Both the position numbers and the translations under genes were made by a program. DNA of 64,000 nucleotides, taken from the NCBI GenBank assembly GCA_017409025.1, contig JAFQTN010000007.1:3038-67037 (forward strand), given 5' to 3'. A model generated the notes under the pieces. The model saw only the letters and a list, made by a program, of their open reading frames with translations. It did no database searches and was not told the origin of the DNA. Numbering within the stretch: position 1 is the first letter of the stretch; the number at the start of each line of letters is the position of its first letter. Source of the stretch: Bacilli bacterium (GTDB lineage: Bacteria; Bacillota_I; Bacilli_A; RF39; UBA660). Shown piece by piece: positions 1-9,438 of the stretch.

Positions 1-564
1 TGGGATATCTGAACCGTTACTTAATCCGTTGGCAAATCCTCCGCCATTTATACATACTGAACCGCCATAACGTTTACACATATCAATGACTCTAGCTCCG
101 AATGTACCATTATCAAATTTTTCAGTTCTTATTAATCTTACTTTTTCTGGTTCATATATAGCTACAAGATAGCCTTTGGCATTTCCTACTTTAACATCTA
201 AAACTTTATATGAATCATTACCTGGGTCTCTTGTTAATAATTCTTTTTCATATTCATCTTTATATGTATTTTTTTCTCCAGTATCAATTACTATATCATC
301 TAGATTTACATCTTCTTTAATACTAACGAAATAGTTGCTAGCCATAATACTTTTAACTTTTTCTTCTGTATAGAAGACATATGCAAAGTATTGATGATTT
401 CTTGTTTTCATAGCAGTTGTTACAAATAAGTTTTGGAAATATGTCCATGGACCATACATTACGATAAATCCTGTTATAGCAATGATGTCTCCTAGTGCAA
501 ATAGGATAGTAATAATTGTCCATAATCTTTTTTGGTTATTACTTTTCTTTTTAACTCTTTTCAT
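1..564 (-). CDS. Phosphodiester glycosidase (NAGPA/EpsL-like) family membrane-anchored protein, runs off window start
   Basis: Manual translation from ATG 564: N-terminal TM, LFVTTAMKTRNHQYFA motif, then INGGGF motif typical of the family; not in ORF track because truncated. Confidence 0.7.
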   Translation of the reverse strand, partial: MKRVKKKSNNQKRLWTIITILFALGDIIAITGFIVMYGPWTYFQNLFVTTAMKTRNHQYFAYVFYTEEKVKSIMASNYFVSIKEDVNLDDIVIDTGEKNTYKDEYEKELLTRDPGNDSYKVLDVKVGNAKGYLVAIYEPEKVRLIRTEKFDNGTFGARVIDMCKRYGGSVCINGGGFANGLSNGSDIP

Positions 565-567
565 ATT

Positions 568-1887
568 TTACTCCATTTCAAGTGGACTATCGTAAGTTCC
601 AGTTCCTTTTATTAATAAATTAGTATCAATACTTATTGTTGGAACGACATAATTTTCACTTACAACACTTTTAGTATATACTTTTTTATTATTTCTTATT
701 GTATAGATCATACTACCTTTATTACTAGTACCAGTTAATGTAGCATAATTTTCTAAGTCATTATTAATTATTATATCTCCGATACTTATAAGCGCTACTT
801 TACTATCTATAGTTTTATCAAGTGCAGATTGATAATCATAGTTAGATTCACTTCCATAGTAACCATTAGACCATTTTACTTCTTTTATTTTATCTTTATA
901 ACTTAGTTTATTTAAGAAATCATGATTTAAATAGTAAGCAATACTTCCATATTTTGTATCATTGTGGTATGAATTCGTGTTTGAATAACGATATTCAAGG
1001 TTAGCGTTGTTTACTTTTAAATAATCATTTAATACAAGTCTCACTTCTGTTTCGTTTACTTGATATATTCTCCATAATTGGTTATCCAATTTAACGTAAC
1101 TTCCAAATAATCCAATTTCTTTTTCAATAGTATATGGGTCATCTTTAGTGCCGTCACCTTTAATATAATCAATATTAGATTTGATTGTAATAACTGGTTT
1201 TACTCCGATGATATCTGTTCCTTTACTAGTAGATAATTTACCATCATCAGTTATGTACCATACTTCATTTTCGTTGTTAGTATTATTTAAATAAAAATAT
1301 TCATTATTATTAACATAACTTTTTTTATTACCAATGTTTGCATAATCAGTAGTAGATAATAGAGAAATATAATTATCTTTTAACACATTTTCACAATCTT
1401 TATTATCAACTTCATTAACAATATCTAAACAAGTATTAGTTTTTTGAAGATAAGTTTTAACTTCGTTCAAGTTTGATTCAAGAATACCAGAATATTCATC
1501 ATCAGTATTATTTAACCATTTATTAATATAAGAATTTTCATATGTTAAATTAACTCCATATGCTAATGATGTAAGTGCTTCCTCACTTATTACTGTTAAT
1601 GAATTGTCATCATTAATTTTAATAATTCTCCATAATATATTAGAATATATTAAATAGTTATTATCAGAATCATTTATAAAATATTCACTACCATTAATTT
1701 CTTTAAAGTTATCTTTGTTTTCATTATTTTTTCTTATAACTTTGACTAAAGAATTTTTTTCTATTTTCTGTTCTTCTTTATTTTCTAAATATAATTTAAT
1801 AAATCTTGTTCCATAAAAAATACAACAGGATAATATAAATAGGAAACTTATGAAACAAAATATCTTTTGGAAACTTAGTTTTTTCAT
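568..1887 (-). CDS. Membrane-anchored surface protein with two tandem DUF6273-like domains
   Basis: N-terminal TM; two repeats each with WRI(I/Y)...(K/V)P(V/T)I(T/S)I...G(D/T)GTxDxP. Confidence 0.55.
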   Translation of the reverse strand: MKKLSFQKIFCFISFLFILSCCIFYGTRFIKLYLENKEEQKIEKNSLVKVIRKNNENKDNFKEINGSEYFINDSDNNYLIYSNILWRIIKINDDNSLTVISEEALTSLAYGVNLTYENSYINKWLNNTDDEYSGILESNLNEVKTYLQKTNTCLDIVNEVDNKDCENVLKDNYISLLSTTDYANIGNKKSYVNNNEYFYLNNTNNENEVWYITDDGKLSTSKGTDIIGVKPVITIKSNIDYIKGDGTKDDPYTIEKEIGLFGSYVKLDNQLWRIYQVNETEVRLVLNDYLKVNNANLEYRYSNTNSYHNDTKYGSIAYYLNHDFLNKLSYKDKIKEVKWSNGYYGSESNYDYQSALDKTIDSKVALISIGDIIINNDLENYATLTGTSNKGSMIYTIRNNKKVYTKSVVSENYVVPTISIDTNLLIKGTGTYDSPLEME

Positions 1888-1987
1888 TTTATCACCTTAA
1901 TTAATTATATCAAAGAAGACAAAAAACAACAATTATTATTGTTATATTTTTTTATTTATAGTATAATTTAATAGAGGTGTGTAAAGT

Positions 1988-2302
1988 ATGCAATGGTATC
2001 AATATGTAATAGTATTAGTTATACTTTTGATTATAGCATTTGCTATTATGAAGAGTAATAAAAAGGATTTAAAGTTGGAACTTAATAAGTTAGTAGAGTA
2101 TTTAGGTGGTTTAGATAATATAATAGAGACTGAGACGGAAATGTCTAGATTTAAGGTAACTCTAAAAGATATTACTAAGGCTAATAAAGAAGGAATTATA
2201 AAACTTGGTGCTCAGGGTGTAGTAGAAATAGATGATCAATTAAAAATAATTTTTGGTAACAATGCTAAACAATTAAAAAAATATATTGATGAACTTAGAT
2301 AG
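1988..2302 (+). CDS. Stand-alone membrane-anchored PTS EIIB-like (glucose/sucrose family) protein
   Basis: N-terminal TM, LGGLDNI...SRFKVTLKD...LGAQGV...LKIIFG pattern of EIIB domain. Confidence 0.7.
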   Translation: MQWYQYVIVLVILLIIAFAIMKSNKKDLKLELNKLVEYLGGLDNIIETETEMSRFKVTLKDITKANKEGIIKLGAQGVVEIDDQLKIIFGNNAKQLKKYIDELR

Positions 2303-2401
2303 GACTATTTAATAGTCTTTTTTTCGACAAAAAAATTATATTATGACAAAAATCGACAAATTGTGACATCTGGTAAGTTATATAATTAAATTGGTGATAA
2401 A

Positions 2402-3610
2402 ATGAATTCAATAATTATTAATGTTATACTTATTATATTTCCAATACTTATATATCTTGTTTTTAGTTGTTATAATTTACTTACTAATAACAAAATAAAA
2501 AAACTTATATTTATAATAACAATGTGTACATCTTTATATTTAAGTCTAAATTTTAATCAAGAAAATAATTTACTTTTAATATTTTGTAATATACCAACGC
2601 TTATATGTTATTTTAAAAAAGAAACTAAGTTGGGAATTATATTTTCTTTGATAGTAGTTTTAATTAGTTATTTTAAATATGATATAAATGTTTATATAGT
2701 TGGACTTAAATATTTAGGTTATTTTATAACATATATTTTACTTTTAAAGAATAAACAATTTAATTATTTATTTTTTAAGATCATGGCAATTATACAAGGA
2801 TTTTTTATATCTTTTGAATATTTTTATGTTACTAATAGTGGAATAGATAGAATATTTTATTTACTTTTATTTGCTTTTATAATTTACTTTATAACTTTCT
2901 TTTGTTTATATATGTTTAAATTAGCTGATGGAATTACTAATTTACATGAATTAGTTAATAATGTTGAGAAAGAGAATAAATTAAGAGATTCTTTATTTAA
3001 ACTTACTCATGAGATAAAGAATCCAATAGCTGTTTGTAAGGGTTATTTAGATATGCTTAATTTAGATAATAAAGATAAAAGTGAGAAATATATAGGGATT
3101 GTTAAGTCTGAGATTGATAGATCTTTAAATGTAATGAATGATTTTATGGAATATAATAAGATAAAAATAGAAAAGGAAGAATTTGATATGACAATGTTAC
3201 TTGATGAAGTGTATGATTCTTTTAAATTTTTAATAAATGATAAGAAGATTAAATTTAGATATGATAATCAGTATGAAGATATATATGTTATGGGGGATTT
3301 TAATAGATTAAAGCAAGTTTTTGTAAATGTTATTAAAAATAGTTTGGAATCAATAGAAAAAGATGGTATAATTGATATAAGAGTTAAAGTTAATGATTTA
3401 GAAGTTATCGTAGAAATTGAAGACAATGGAATAGGAATGGATGAATGGGAACTTGCTAATATAAAAGAGATGTTTTATTCTACTAAAAAAAATGGAACTG
3501 GACTTGGTGTGGCTTTATCTAATGAGATAATTTTAGCTCATAATGGTAAACTTAAATATAGTTCTAGGAAGAATGAAGGGACAATATGTAGTATTAGTTT
3601 ACCACTGTAG
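2402..3610 (+). CDS. Orphan multi-TM sensor histidine kinase (sporulation kinase-like)
   Basis: H-box LTHEIKNP, N-box LKQVFVNVIKNS, G1 DNGIGM, G2 GTGLG; no adjacent response regulator. Confidence 0.9.
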   Translation: MNSIIINVILIIFPILIYLVFSCYNLLTNNKIKKLIFIITMCTSLYLSLNFNQENNLLLIFCNIPTLICYFKKETKLGIIFSLIVVLISYFKYDINVYIVGLKYLGYFITYILLLKNKQFNYLFFKIMAIIQGFFISFEYFYVTNSGIDRIFYLLLFAFIIYFITFFCLYMFKLADGITNLHELVNNVEKENKLRDSLFKLTHEIKNPIAVCKGYLDMLNLDNKDKSEKYIGIVKSEIDRSLNVMNDFMEYNKIKIEKEEFDMTMLLDEVYDSFKFLINDKKIKFRYDNQYEDIYVMGDFNRLKQVFVNVIKNSLESIEKDGIIDIRVKVNDLEVIVEIEDNGIGMDEWELANIKEMFYSTKKNGTGLGVALSNEIILAHNGKLKYSSRKNEGTICSISLPL

Positions 3611-3620
3611 GAGGTATAAT

Positions 3621-4031
3621 ATGGAAAAAACTTCTAGAGTTGTTATTATTGAGGATGATAAATTAATAGTATTTTTTAGAAGAAAAATAGTTGATGGAAA
3701 AGAAATAACTTATTATGCAATACCTGGCGGGCATGTTGAAGGAAATGAAACCGGTGAAGAGACTGCTATTAGGGAAGTTAAGGAAGAATTGAATTTAGAT
3801 ATTGAAATTTTAGGTTATCTTGGAAAAATAGTAGTTGGTAATAAACAAGATGATTATTATCATGCAAAAATAGTTGGTGGAGAGTTACAATTTGGTGGTG
3901 AAGAACTTGATAGAAATAGTTATGAGAACTACTATGAAGTTAGAAAACTACCAATTTATGAATTAGATAATAGTGGTATTAGAGCATTAGATTTAGTAAA
4001 AAAGGCAATAATACAAGATTATGAAAACTGA
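3621..4031 (+). CDS. NUDIX hydrolase
   Basis: Nudix box GGHVEGNETGEETAIREVKEELN; start moved to ATG 3621 after GGAGG. Confidence 0.9.
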   Translation: MEKTSRVVIIEDDKLIVFFRRKIVDGKEITYYAIPGGHVEGNETGEETAIREVKEELNLDIEILGYLGKIVVGNKQDDYYHAKIVGGELQFGGEELDRNSYENYYEVRKLPIYELDNSGIRALDLVKKAIIQDYEN

Positions 4032-4281
4032 TATATTTTTAAATCGATATCCAACAATAGATTTACATGGATTTGACAGAGAGTCTGCTAGAGTAGCTAC
4101 GGATGATTTTGTATCAGAGAATTTGATATTAAAAAATGAAATAATAGTAATTATTCATGGTATTGGTAGTGGTATAGTTAAAGCTTCTGTTCATGAATCA
4201 CTTAGAGTAAATAAAAATGTAATAGAGTATAAGACGGATAATTTTAATTCAGGGTGCACAATTATTAAGTTAAAAATATAA
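4021..4281 (+). CDS. Smr/MutS2 C-terminal domain protein
   Basis: IDLHG, IIHGIGSG, NSGCT motifs. Confidence 0.9.
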   Translation: MKTDIFLNRYPTIDLHGFDRESARVATDDFVSENLILKNEIIVIIHGIGSGIVKASVHESLRVNKNVIEYKTDNFNSGCTIIKLKI

Positions 4282-4282
4282 A

Positions 4283-4308
4283 TATTCCTTATTAGGAGTA
4301 TTTTTTTT
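4283..4308 (+). terminator. Intrinsic terminator after smr gene
   Basis: aatattcct-tatt-aggagtatt hairpin followed by T run. Confidence 0.6.
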
Positions 4309-4327
4309 GTAAAATTTTTGTACAAAA

Positions 4328-4368
4328 AAAGTAAATCATAAAGTTTTTACGAATAATACTATTGAAGG
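4328..4368 (+). promoter_or_regulatory. cin-box/SigH-ComX-like promoter motif, copy 1
   Basis: AAAGTAAAT-N11-TACGAATAATACTATTGAAGG; nearly the same motif at 40120 and 62488. Confidence 0.65.
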
Positions 4369-4379
4369 GAGTGAATGAG

Positions 4380-5270
4380 ATGAATTATTATGAAGAGATA
4401 AAAAGTAAATTAGTTAATAATGAGGTATATTCAAGAGTCAAAGATTATTCGAAAGAAAGACATAAGGTAATTACTTATTTTGAAATAGGTAGATTATTGG
4501 AAGAAGCTGGTGGAAAATATGGTGATAACATAATAGAAGAATATTCTAAAAAATTAATTGTCGAAGTTGGTAAAAAATATAATAGAAGAACATTGTTTAG
4601 AATGAAACAATTTTATAATATGTTTAGTAATCAAAAAGTGTCGACAATGTCGACACAATTATCATGGAGTCATTATACTGAACTTTTACCAATAAAAAAT
4701 ACAAATGAATTATTATATTACCTTACTTTGTGTATAAATCAAAATATTAATGTAAGAATTTTAAGAGAAAAGATAAAATCTAATGAGTATGAAAGATTAC
4801 TATGTAATACTAAAAACAAATTAATATTAGAACAGGAAGCAAATGTAGTAGATTTTGTTAAAAATCCAATTAAGATTAAAAATAATAAAAATTATGAAAT
4901 AGTAACTGAAAAAATATTACAAAAATTAATATTAGAGGATATACCTTCTTTTTTAGATGAATTAGGTAGTGATTTTACATTTGTTAAAAATGAATTTAAA
5001 ATTAAATTAGGTGATAGATATAATTATATTGATTTACTTTTATATAATATTAAATTTAAATGTTATGTGGTTGTTGAATTAAAAATATCAGAATTAAAGA
5101 AAGAACATATAGGACAAATTCAAACTTATATGAATTATATTGATAAAAATATTAAAACAATAGATGAAGATAGAACAGTTGGTTTAATTATTTGTAGGAA
5201 GAATAATGAATTTATTATTGAATATTGTTCAGATGATAGAATAATTTACAAAGAATATGAGTTGGTATAA
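4380..5270 (+). CDS. YhcG/DUF1016 family PD-(D/E)XK nuclease domain protein
   Basis: LSWSHY, FLDELGSDFTFV, YIDLLLY...VVVELK, GQIQTYMNY, GLIIC motifs; start ATG 4380. Confidence 0.9.
   Translation: MNYYEEIKSKLVNNEVYSRVKDYSKERHKVITYFEIGRLLEEAGGKYGDNIIEEYSKKLIVEVGKKYNRRTLFRMKQFYNMFSNQKVSTMSTQLSWSHYTELLPIKNTNELLYYLTLCINQNINVRILREKIKSNEYERLLCNTKNKLILEQEANVVDFVKNPIKIKNNKNYEIVTEKILQKLILEDIPSFLDELGSDFTFVKNEFKIKLGDRYNYIDLLLYNIKFKCYVVVELKISELKKEHIGQIQTYMNYIDKNIKTIDEDRTVGLIICRKNNEFIIEYCSDDRIIYKEYELV
4638..4656. repeat. In-gene palindrome GTGTCGACA-A-TGTCGACAC (codes VSTMST)
   Basis: Perfect 9-bp arms read directly. Confidence 0.9.
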
Positions 5271-5282
5271 AATAAAAAATCC

Positions 5283-5966
5283 CTAAAATAGAGTATAGGG
5301 ATATTTATTCGGTAATTCAATTTCAAATGTTAGTAATTCATTAGTTGTTGGATGATAAAAAGATAATTCTTTTGCTATTAGTGCAATGTTTGTTTTGTTA
5401 TCATTAATAAAATTTTTATTGTATTTATGATCTCCATATAGAGGATAACCGTTATGTGAAAACTGAACCCTTATTTGGTGGTGTCTTCCGGTTATTAGGT
5501 TTATTTTTACTAGGCTTAAATTATCTTTATAATCAATTAGTTTGTATTCTAATATAGATTTTTTTCCATTTGATTCACTTGTTACATAAGATGTATTTGT
5601 TTTTTCATCTTTTGTTAAGTAATTTATAAAACTTCCTTCGTTTTCAATTTTATTTTCTATGACAGCATAATATGTTTTTTTGAATTTATTATCAGTAATT
5701 TGTTTTGATAAACGAGAAGCAGCTTTACTAGTTTTTGCAAATACTAAAATTCCTTCTACGGGTCTATCTAATCTATGGATTAATCCTAGATAGACATTTC
5801 CTGGCTTATTATATTTAATTTTTAAATATTCTTTTAATTTTGATAGTAAGTCAATATCATTAGATGAATCTAAGCATACGGGCATATTGGCTGGTTTATT
5901 AACTACGAGTAAGTGATTATCTTCATATAAGATATTAATGTTTTGATACTTTTCCATAAATTCCAC
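5283..5966 (-). CDS. RluA-family RNA pseudouridine synthase
   Basis: VVNKPA, HRLDRPVEG, TGRHHQIRV motifs. Confidence 0.9.
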   Translation of the reverse strand: MEFMEKYQNINILYEDNHLLVVNKPANMPVCLDSSNDIDLLSKLKEYLKIKYNKPGNVYLGLIHRLDRPVEGILVFAKTSKAASRLSKQITDNKFKKTYYAVIENKIENEGSFINYLTKDEKTNTSYVTSESNGKKSILEYKLIDYKDNLSLVKINLITGRHHQIRVQFSHNGYPLYGDHKYNKNFINDNKTNIALIAKELSFYHPTTNELLTFEIELPNKYPYTLF

Positions 5967-6795
5967 AAGGTAAGGATAAATTGTTTTCAGTTACAGGTAA
6001 GCCAATTTCACCAGTTTCAATATTACTATTTTCAAAAGTTAAGGAAAGAATATTTTTTAGTGATGTAGGAGATACTCCTGTAGTATAGGCACTAATTAGT
6101 AAAAATGAATAATTTTCGTCTAGAACATCTTTAGCTTTATTTAGGAGTTCTTGAATGTTATCTTCAAAACGCCATACTTCTTTATTAGGTCCTCTTCCAT
6201 AACTAGGAGGATCCATTATAATTCCATGGTATGTTCTTCCTCTTCTTTTTTCTTTTTCTAGGAATTTTATGACATCATCTTGGATAAATCTAATGGTATT
6301 ATTTTCTAAGTGAGAAAGATGCATGTTTTCTTTAGCCCAATCAATCATTCCTTTAGATGAATCTAGGTGAACAACTTCTTTAGCTCCGGCACTAGAAGCT
6401 GCCATGGTAGCACAGCCTGTATATGCGAAAAGGTTTAGAACTCTAAAATCTTCGATATTAGAATTTTTAATTTTATCCATAATATAATCCCAATTTGTCG
6501 CTTGTTCTGGGAAGATACCAGTATGTTTAAAATTAGTAGGGCTAACTTTAAAAGTCAAATTTTTATAATTGATAGTCCAGTATTCAGGTAATTTTTTTCT
6601 AAATTCCCATGAACCACCACCAAGATTAGATCTGTGATAATATCCGTCCCATTTGTTCCAAATAGGATTATTGGATTTATCCCAGATAATTTGTGGGTCT
6701 GGTCTATTTAGAATAATGTTTCCCCAACGTTCTAATTTTTCTTTATTTCCAGTAGCAATACATTCATAGTCTATCCATTTATTACTAATATTCAT
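5935..6795 (-). CDS. Class I SAM-dependent methyltransferase (RlmI/RlmK-like)
   Basis: HTGIFPEQ, LNLFAYTG, MDPPSY motifs. Confidence 0.85.
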   Translation of the reverse strand: MNISNKWIDYECIATGNKEKLERWGNIILNRPDPQIIWDKSNNPIWNKWDGYYHRSNLGGGSWEFRKKLPEYWTINYKNLTFKVSPTNFKHTGIFPEQATNWDYIMDKIKNSNIEDFRVLNLFAYTGCATMAASSAGAKEVVHLDSSKGMIDWAKENMHLSHLENNTIRFIQDDVIKFLEKEKRRGRTYHGIIMDPPSYGRGPNKEVWRFEDNIQELLNKAKDVLDENYSFLLISAYTTGVSPTSLKNILSLTFENSNIETGEIGLPVTENNLSLPCGIYGKVSKH

Positions 6796-6911
6796 AATTA
6801 CCTCGTTTCTTTATTAATTTTAACTTAAAAGTATAAATTTGTCTAGTATGTGAAATAGTTTGAAAAAAAGATGTAAAAATGATATAATTTTTAATGACTG
6901 GGGGATATATT

Positions 6912-7571
6912 ATGAGTTTAGGTGGATTTGCAGAAGATGAAAGTGTAGTTGATGGTGACTGGGAAGCATTTAATTATTGCTTAGCAGAAAATTATTACTC
7001 AGCAATGATTGGTGAAGAATGGGATTTGATTGGTGAGTCTTCGACAGATTTAATTGATGCTATAATTGATTGGCTTACTTATTGCGAAGAAATTGGAAAA
7101 GAAAATACTTATGATATTGAAGGTATTAGAAATGGTAATTTGATAACAGTTAATAATAGAACATTTATTGATGCGATAATTTCTGATAAGCAAGTTGATT
7201 TGGCAGAAACTTATATTCGTTTAGGTGTAAAAGATATACGGTTATATATATTGTTTATGCTTTATTATAAAGATGAGTTTTATGGTTTAAATGATCCGAT
7301 GAATACTATAAATTATGTTTATAAAGGTACCATTTTAAATGCTTATTTACCTTATGACAGAGATGATTTGATTAAGTTTTTATCTAATATTTTTAGTGAA
7401 CTTGATAAAATATACAATGGTTTAAAAAAGAATGCTGATAAAAAGAAATTTTTGAGTATAGTTAGATTTAACATTAATAATTTTAGATATAGTAAAAAAA
7501 TCGAAAAGATTAGTTTTGATGAAGTTTGTAGTCCTGGATTTGCTAGGATACTTCTAAAAAAAGGAGAATAA
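6912..7571 (+). CDS. Hypothetical protein (acidic N-terminus)
   Basis: ORF with RBS GGGGG and upstream TATAAT; no recognisable motif. Confidence 0.6.
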   Translation: MSLGGFAEDESVVDGDWEAFNYCLAENYYSAMIGEEWDLIGESSTDLIDAIIDWLTYCEEIGKENTYDIEGIRNGNLITVNNRTFIDAIISDKQVDLAETYIRLGVKDIRLYILFMLYYKDEFYGLNDPMNTINYVYKGTILNAYLPYDRDDLIKFLSNIFSELDKIYNGLKKNADKKKFLSIVRFNINNFRYSKKIEKISFDEVCSPGFARILLKKGE

Positions 7572-7572
7572 T

Positions 7573-8055
7573 ATGAATAGAAAAGGATTTACTTTAGTGG
7601 AGTTACTTGCTACGTTAGTAGTTTTAGGAATAGTAATGTCTATAGTTTTGGTTTCAGTAAATGGTGGTTTTGGTGAAGCAAAGAATAAAACTGAAGATGT
7701 TTTTATTGACACGATTAAGGATGCTATGGATATGTATTTGAACAGTGATGCTAAGGAATTAGATTTTGATACAACTTGTTCTAATTCTATTGATAAGACT
7801 TATGGTGAAGTAAAGGTATATAAGGCAAGTACTAATTTTCAGAATGTAATTAATTCTAAATATAAACCGATTACTCAGGATGATTTGGTGAATCCTGCAA
7901 ATAAAGATGTTGACTGTGTGGATGCTGTTAATATAATAGTCAATGTTTATAGGGATGAAGATTTTGTTTATTATTATAGTATTGATAAGAGTCGATTTGC
8001 TTGCTTAACTCAAACTGATAAGATAAGTAATTTACCTGAAGGATTTGATTGTTAA
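7573..8055 (+). CDS. Type IV pilin-like protein (prepilin N-terminal cleavage/methylation)
   Basis: MNRKG|FTLVELLATLVVLGIV class III signal; C-terminal cysteines. Confidence 0.85.
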   Translation: MNRKGFTLVELLATLVVLGIVMSIVLVSVNGGFGEAKNKTEDVFIDTIKDAMDMYLNSDAKELDFDTTCSNSIDKTYGEVKVYKASTNFQNVINSKYKPITQDDLVNPANKDVDCVDAVNIIVNVYRDEDFVYYYSIDKSRFACLTQTDKISNLPEGFDC

Positions 8056-8519
8056 TGCTAATATTATTTACAATAATATTTTTAGTTATTGATATAGTTA
8101 GTAAACTTTTAATCAGTAATTTAATGAACGTTGGACAAAGTATTCAAATTATTAATGATTTTTTCAATATTACATATGTAAGAAATACAGGTGCTGCCTG
8201 GAGTATTTTGTCAGGCGAGACTTGGTTACTTATAATAGTTAGTTTGATAATAATATCTTTGATTGTATTTTATATTTATAAAAATAGCCCTAAATCTGAC
8301 TTAGAAAAGATTAGTTATTCGATGATATTAGGTGGAGCGATAGGTAATTTACTAGATAGAATTATTTATGGTTATGTTGTAGATTTTTTAGATTTTAATG
8401 TATTTGGATATGATTACCCGATATTTAATTTAGCAGATAGTTTTATTCTTATTGGAGTAATACTTCTTGTTGTTTATACATGGAGGTGTAAAGATGGAAA
8501 TCAAAGTAATAGAAAATGA
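8055..8519 (+). CDS. lspA: Lipoprotein signal peptidase II
   Basis: NTGAAWS, GGAIGNLLDR, VVDF, FNLAD. Confidence 0.95.
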   Translation: MLILFTIIFLVIDIVSKLLISNLMNVGQSIQIINDFFNITYVRNTGAAWSILSGETWLLIIVSLIIISLIVFYIYKNSPKSDLEKISYSMILGGAIGNLLDRIIYGYVVDFLDFNVFGYDYPIFNLADSFILIGVILLVVYTWRCKDGNQSNRK

Positions 8520-9393
8520 TGGTATAAGATTAGATAAATATTTAATGGATAAACTAGAAATAAGTAGAAGTAAAGCACAGAAATTAATAGATAATGATAA
8601 TATATTAGTTAATGGTAATGTATCTAAAGCTAGTTATCTAGTTAAATTAGATGATAATATAGAAATATTATTATTGGATGATGAAGTTATCGATATAGAA
8701 GCAGAGAATATACCGTTAGATATAGTTTATGAAGATGATTATATGCTTGTTGTTAATAAACCTAGTGGAATGGTAGTTCATCCAGGAAATGGGAATTATA
8801 ATCATACTTTGGTTAATGCATTAATGTATCATTGTAATAAATTATCAACAGTTAATGGTGATATTAGACCAGGTATTGTTCATAGAATAGATGCAGATAC
8901 TTCAGGATTATTACTTGTTGCAAAAGATGATAATGCCCATAATGATTTAGCAAAACAAATAAGTGAGAAGAGTGTAGTTAGAAAATATTTGTGCTTAGTA
9001 CATGGTGTAATAAATGAAGATACTGCTACTGTGGATGCTCCAATAGGAAGAGATAAGAATAATAGAAAGAAAATGTGTGTTACTGGAGATAATTCTAAGG
9101 ATGCTGTTACTAATATAAGAGTATTAGAAAGATATAGTGATTCGACGTTAATTGAATGCATATTAGAGACAGGTAGAACACATCAGATAAGAGTTCATAT
9201 GGCTTATATTAATCATCCAGTTGTAAACGATCCTGTATATGGATATAATAAATTAGATGATAAGGAGTTTGGACAAATGTTACATGCTAAAGAGATTGGA
9301 TTTGTTCATCCTGTTACGAAAGAATTTATGGATTTTAAAATAGATCCACCATCTAAATTTTGGGAAATTTTGGAGATTTATAAAAATAAATAG
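8494..9393 (+). CDS. rluD: 23S rRNA pseudouridine synthase RluD (S4 domain)
   Basis: S4 domain RLDKYL, RPGIVHRIDADTSG, TGRTHQIRVH; follows lspA as in Bacilli. Confidence 0.85.
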   Translation: MEIKVIENDGIRLDKYLMDKLEISRSKAQKLIDNDNILVNGNVSKASYLVKLDDNIEILLLDDEVIDIEAENIPLDIVYEDDYMLVVNKPSGMVVHPGNGNYNHTLVNALMYHCNKLSTVNGDIRPGIVHRIDADTSGLLLVAKDDNAHNDLAKQISEKSVVRKYLCLVHGVINEDTATVDAPIGRDKNNRKKMCVTGDNSKDAVTNIRVLERYSDSTLIECILETGRTHQIRVHMAYINHPVVNDPVYGYNKLDDKEFGQMLHAKEIGFVHPVTKEFMDFKIDPPSKFWEILEIYKNK

Positions 9394-9438
9394 TTAATAA
9401 TTAGAAATTGAGATATAATAAAGTTACGAGGTGAATAT

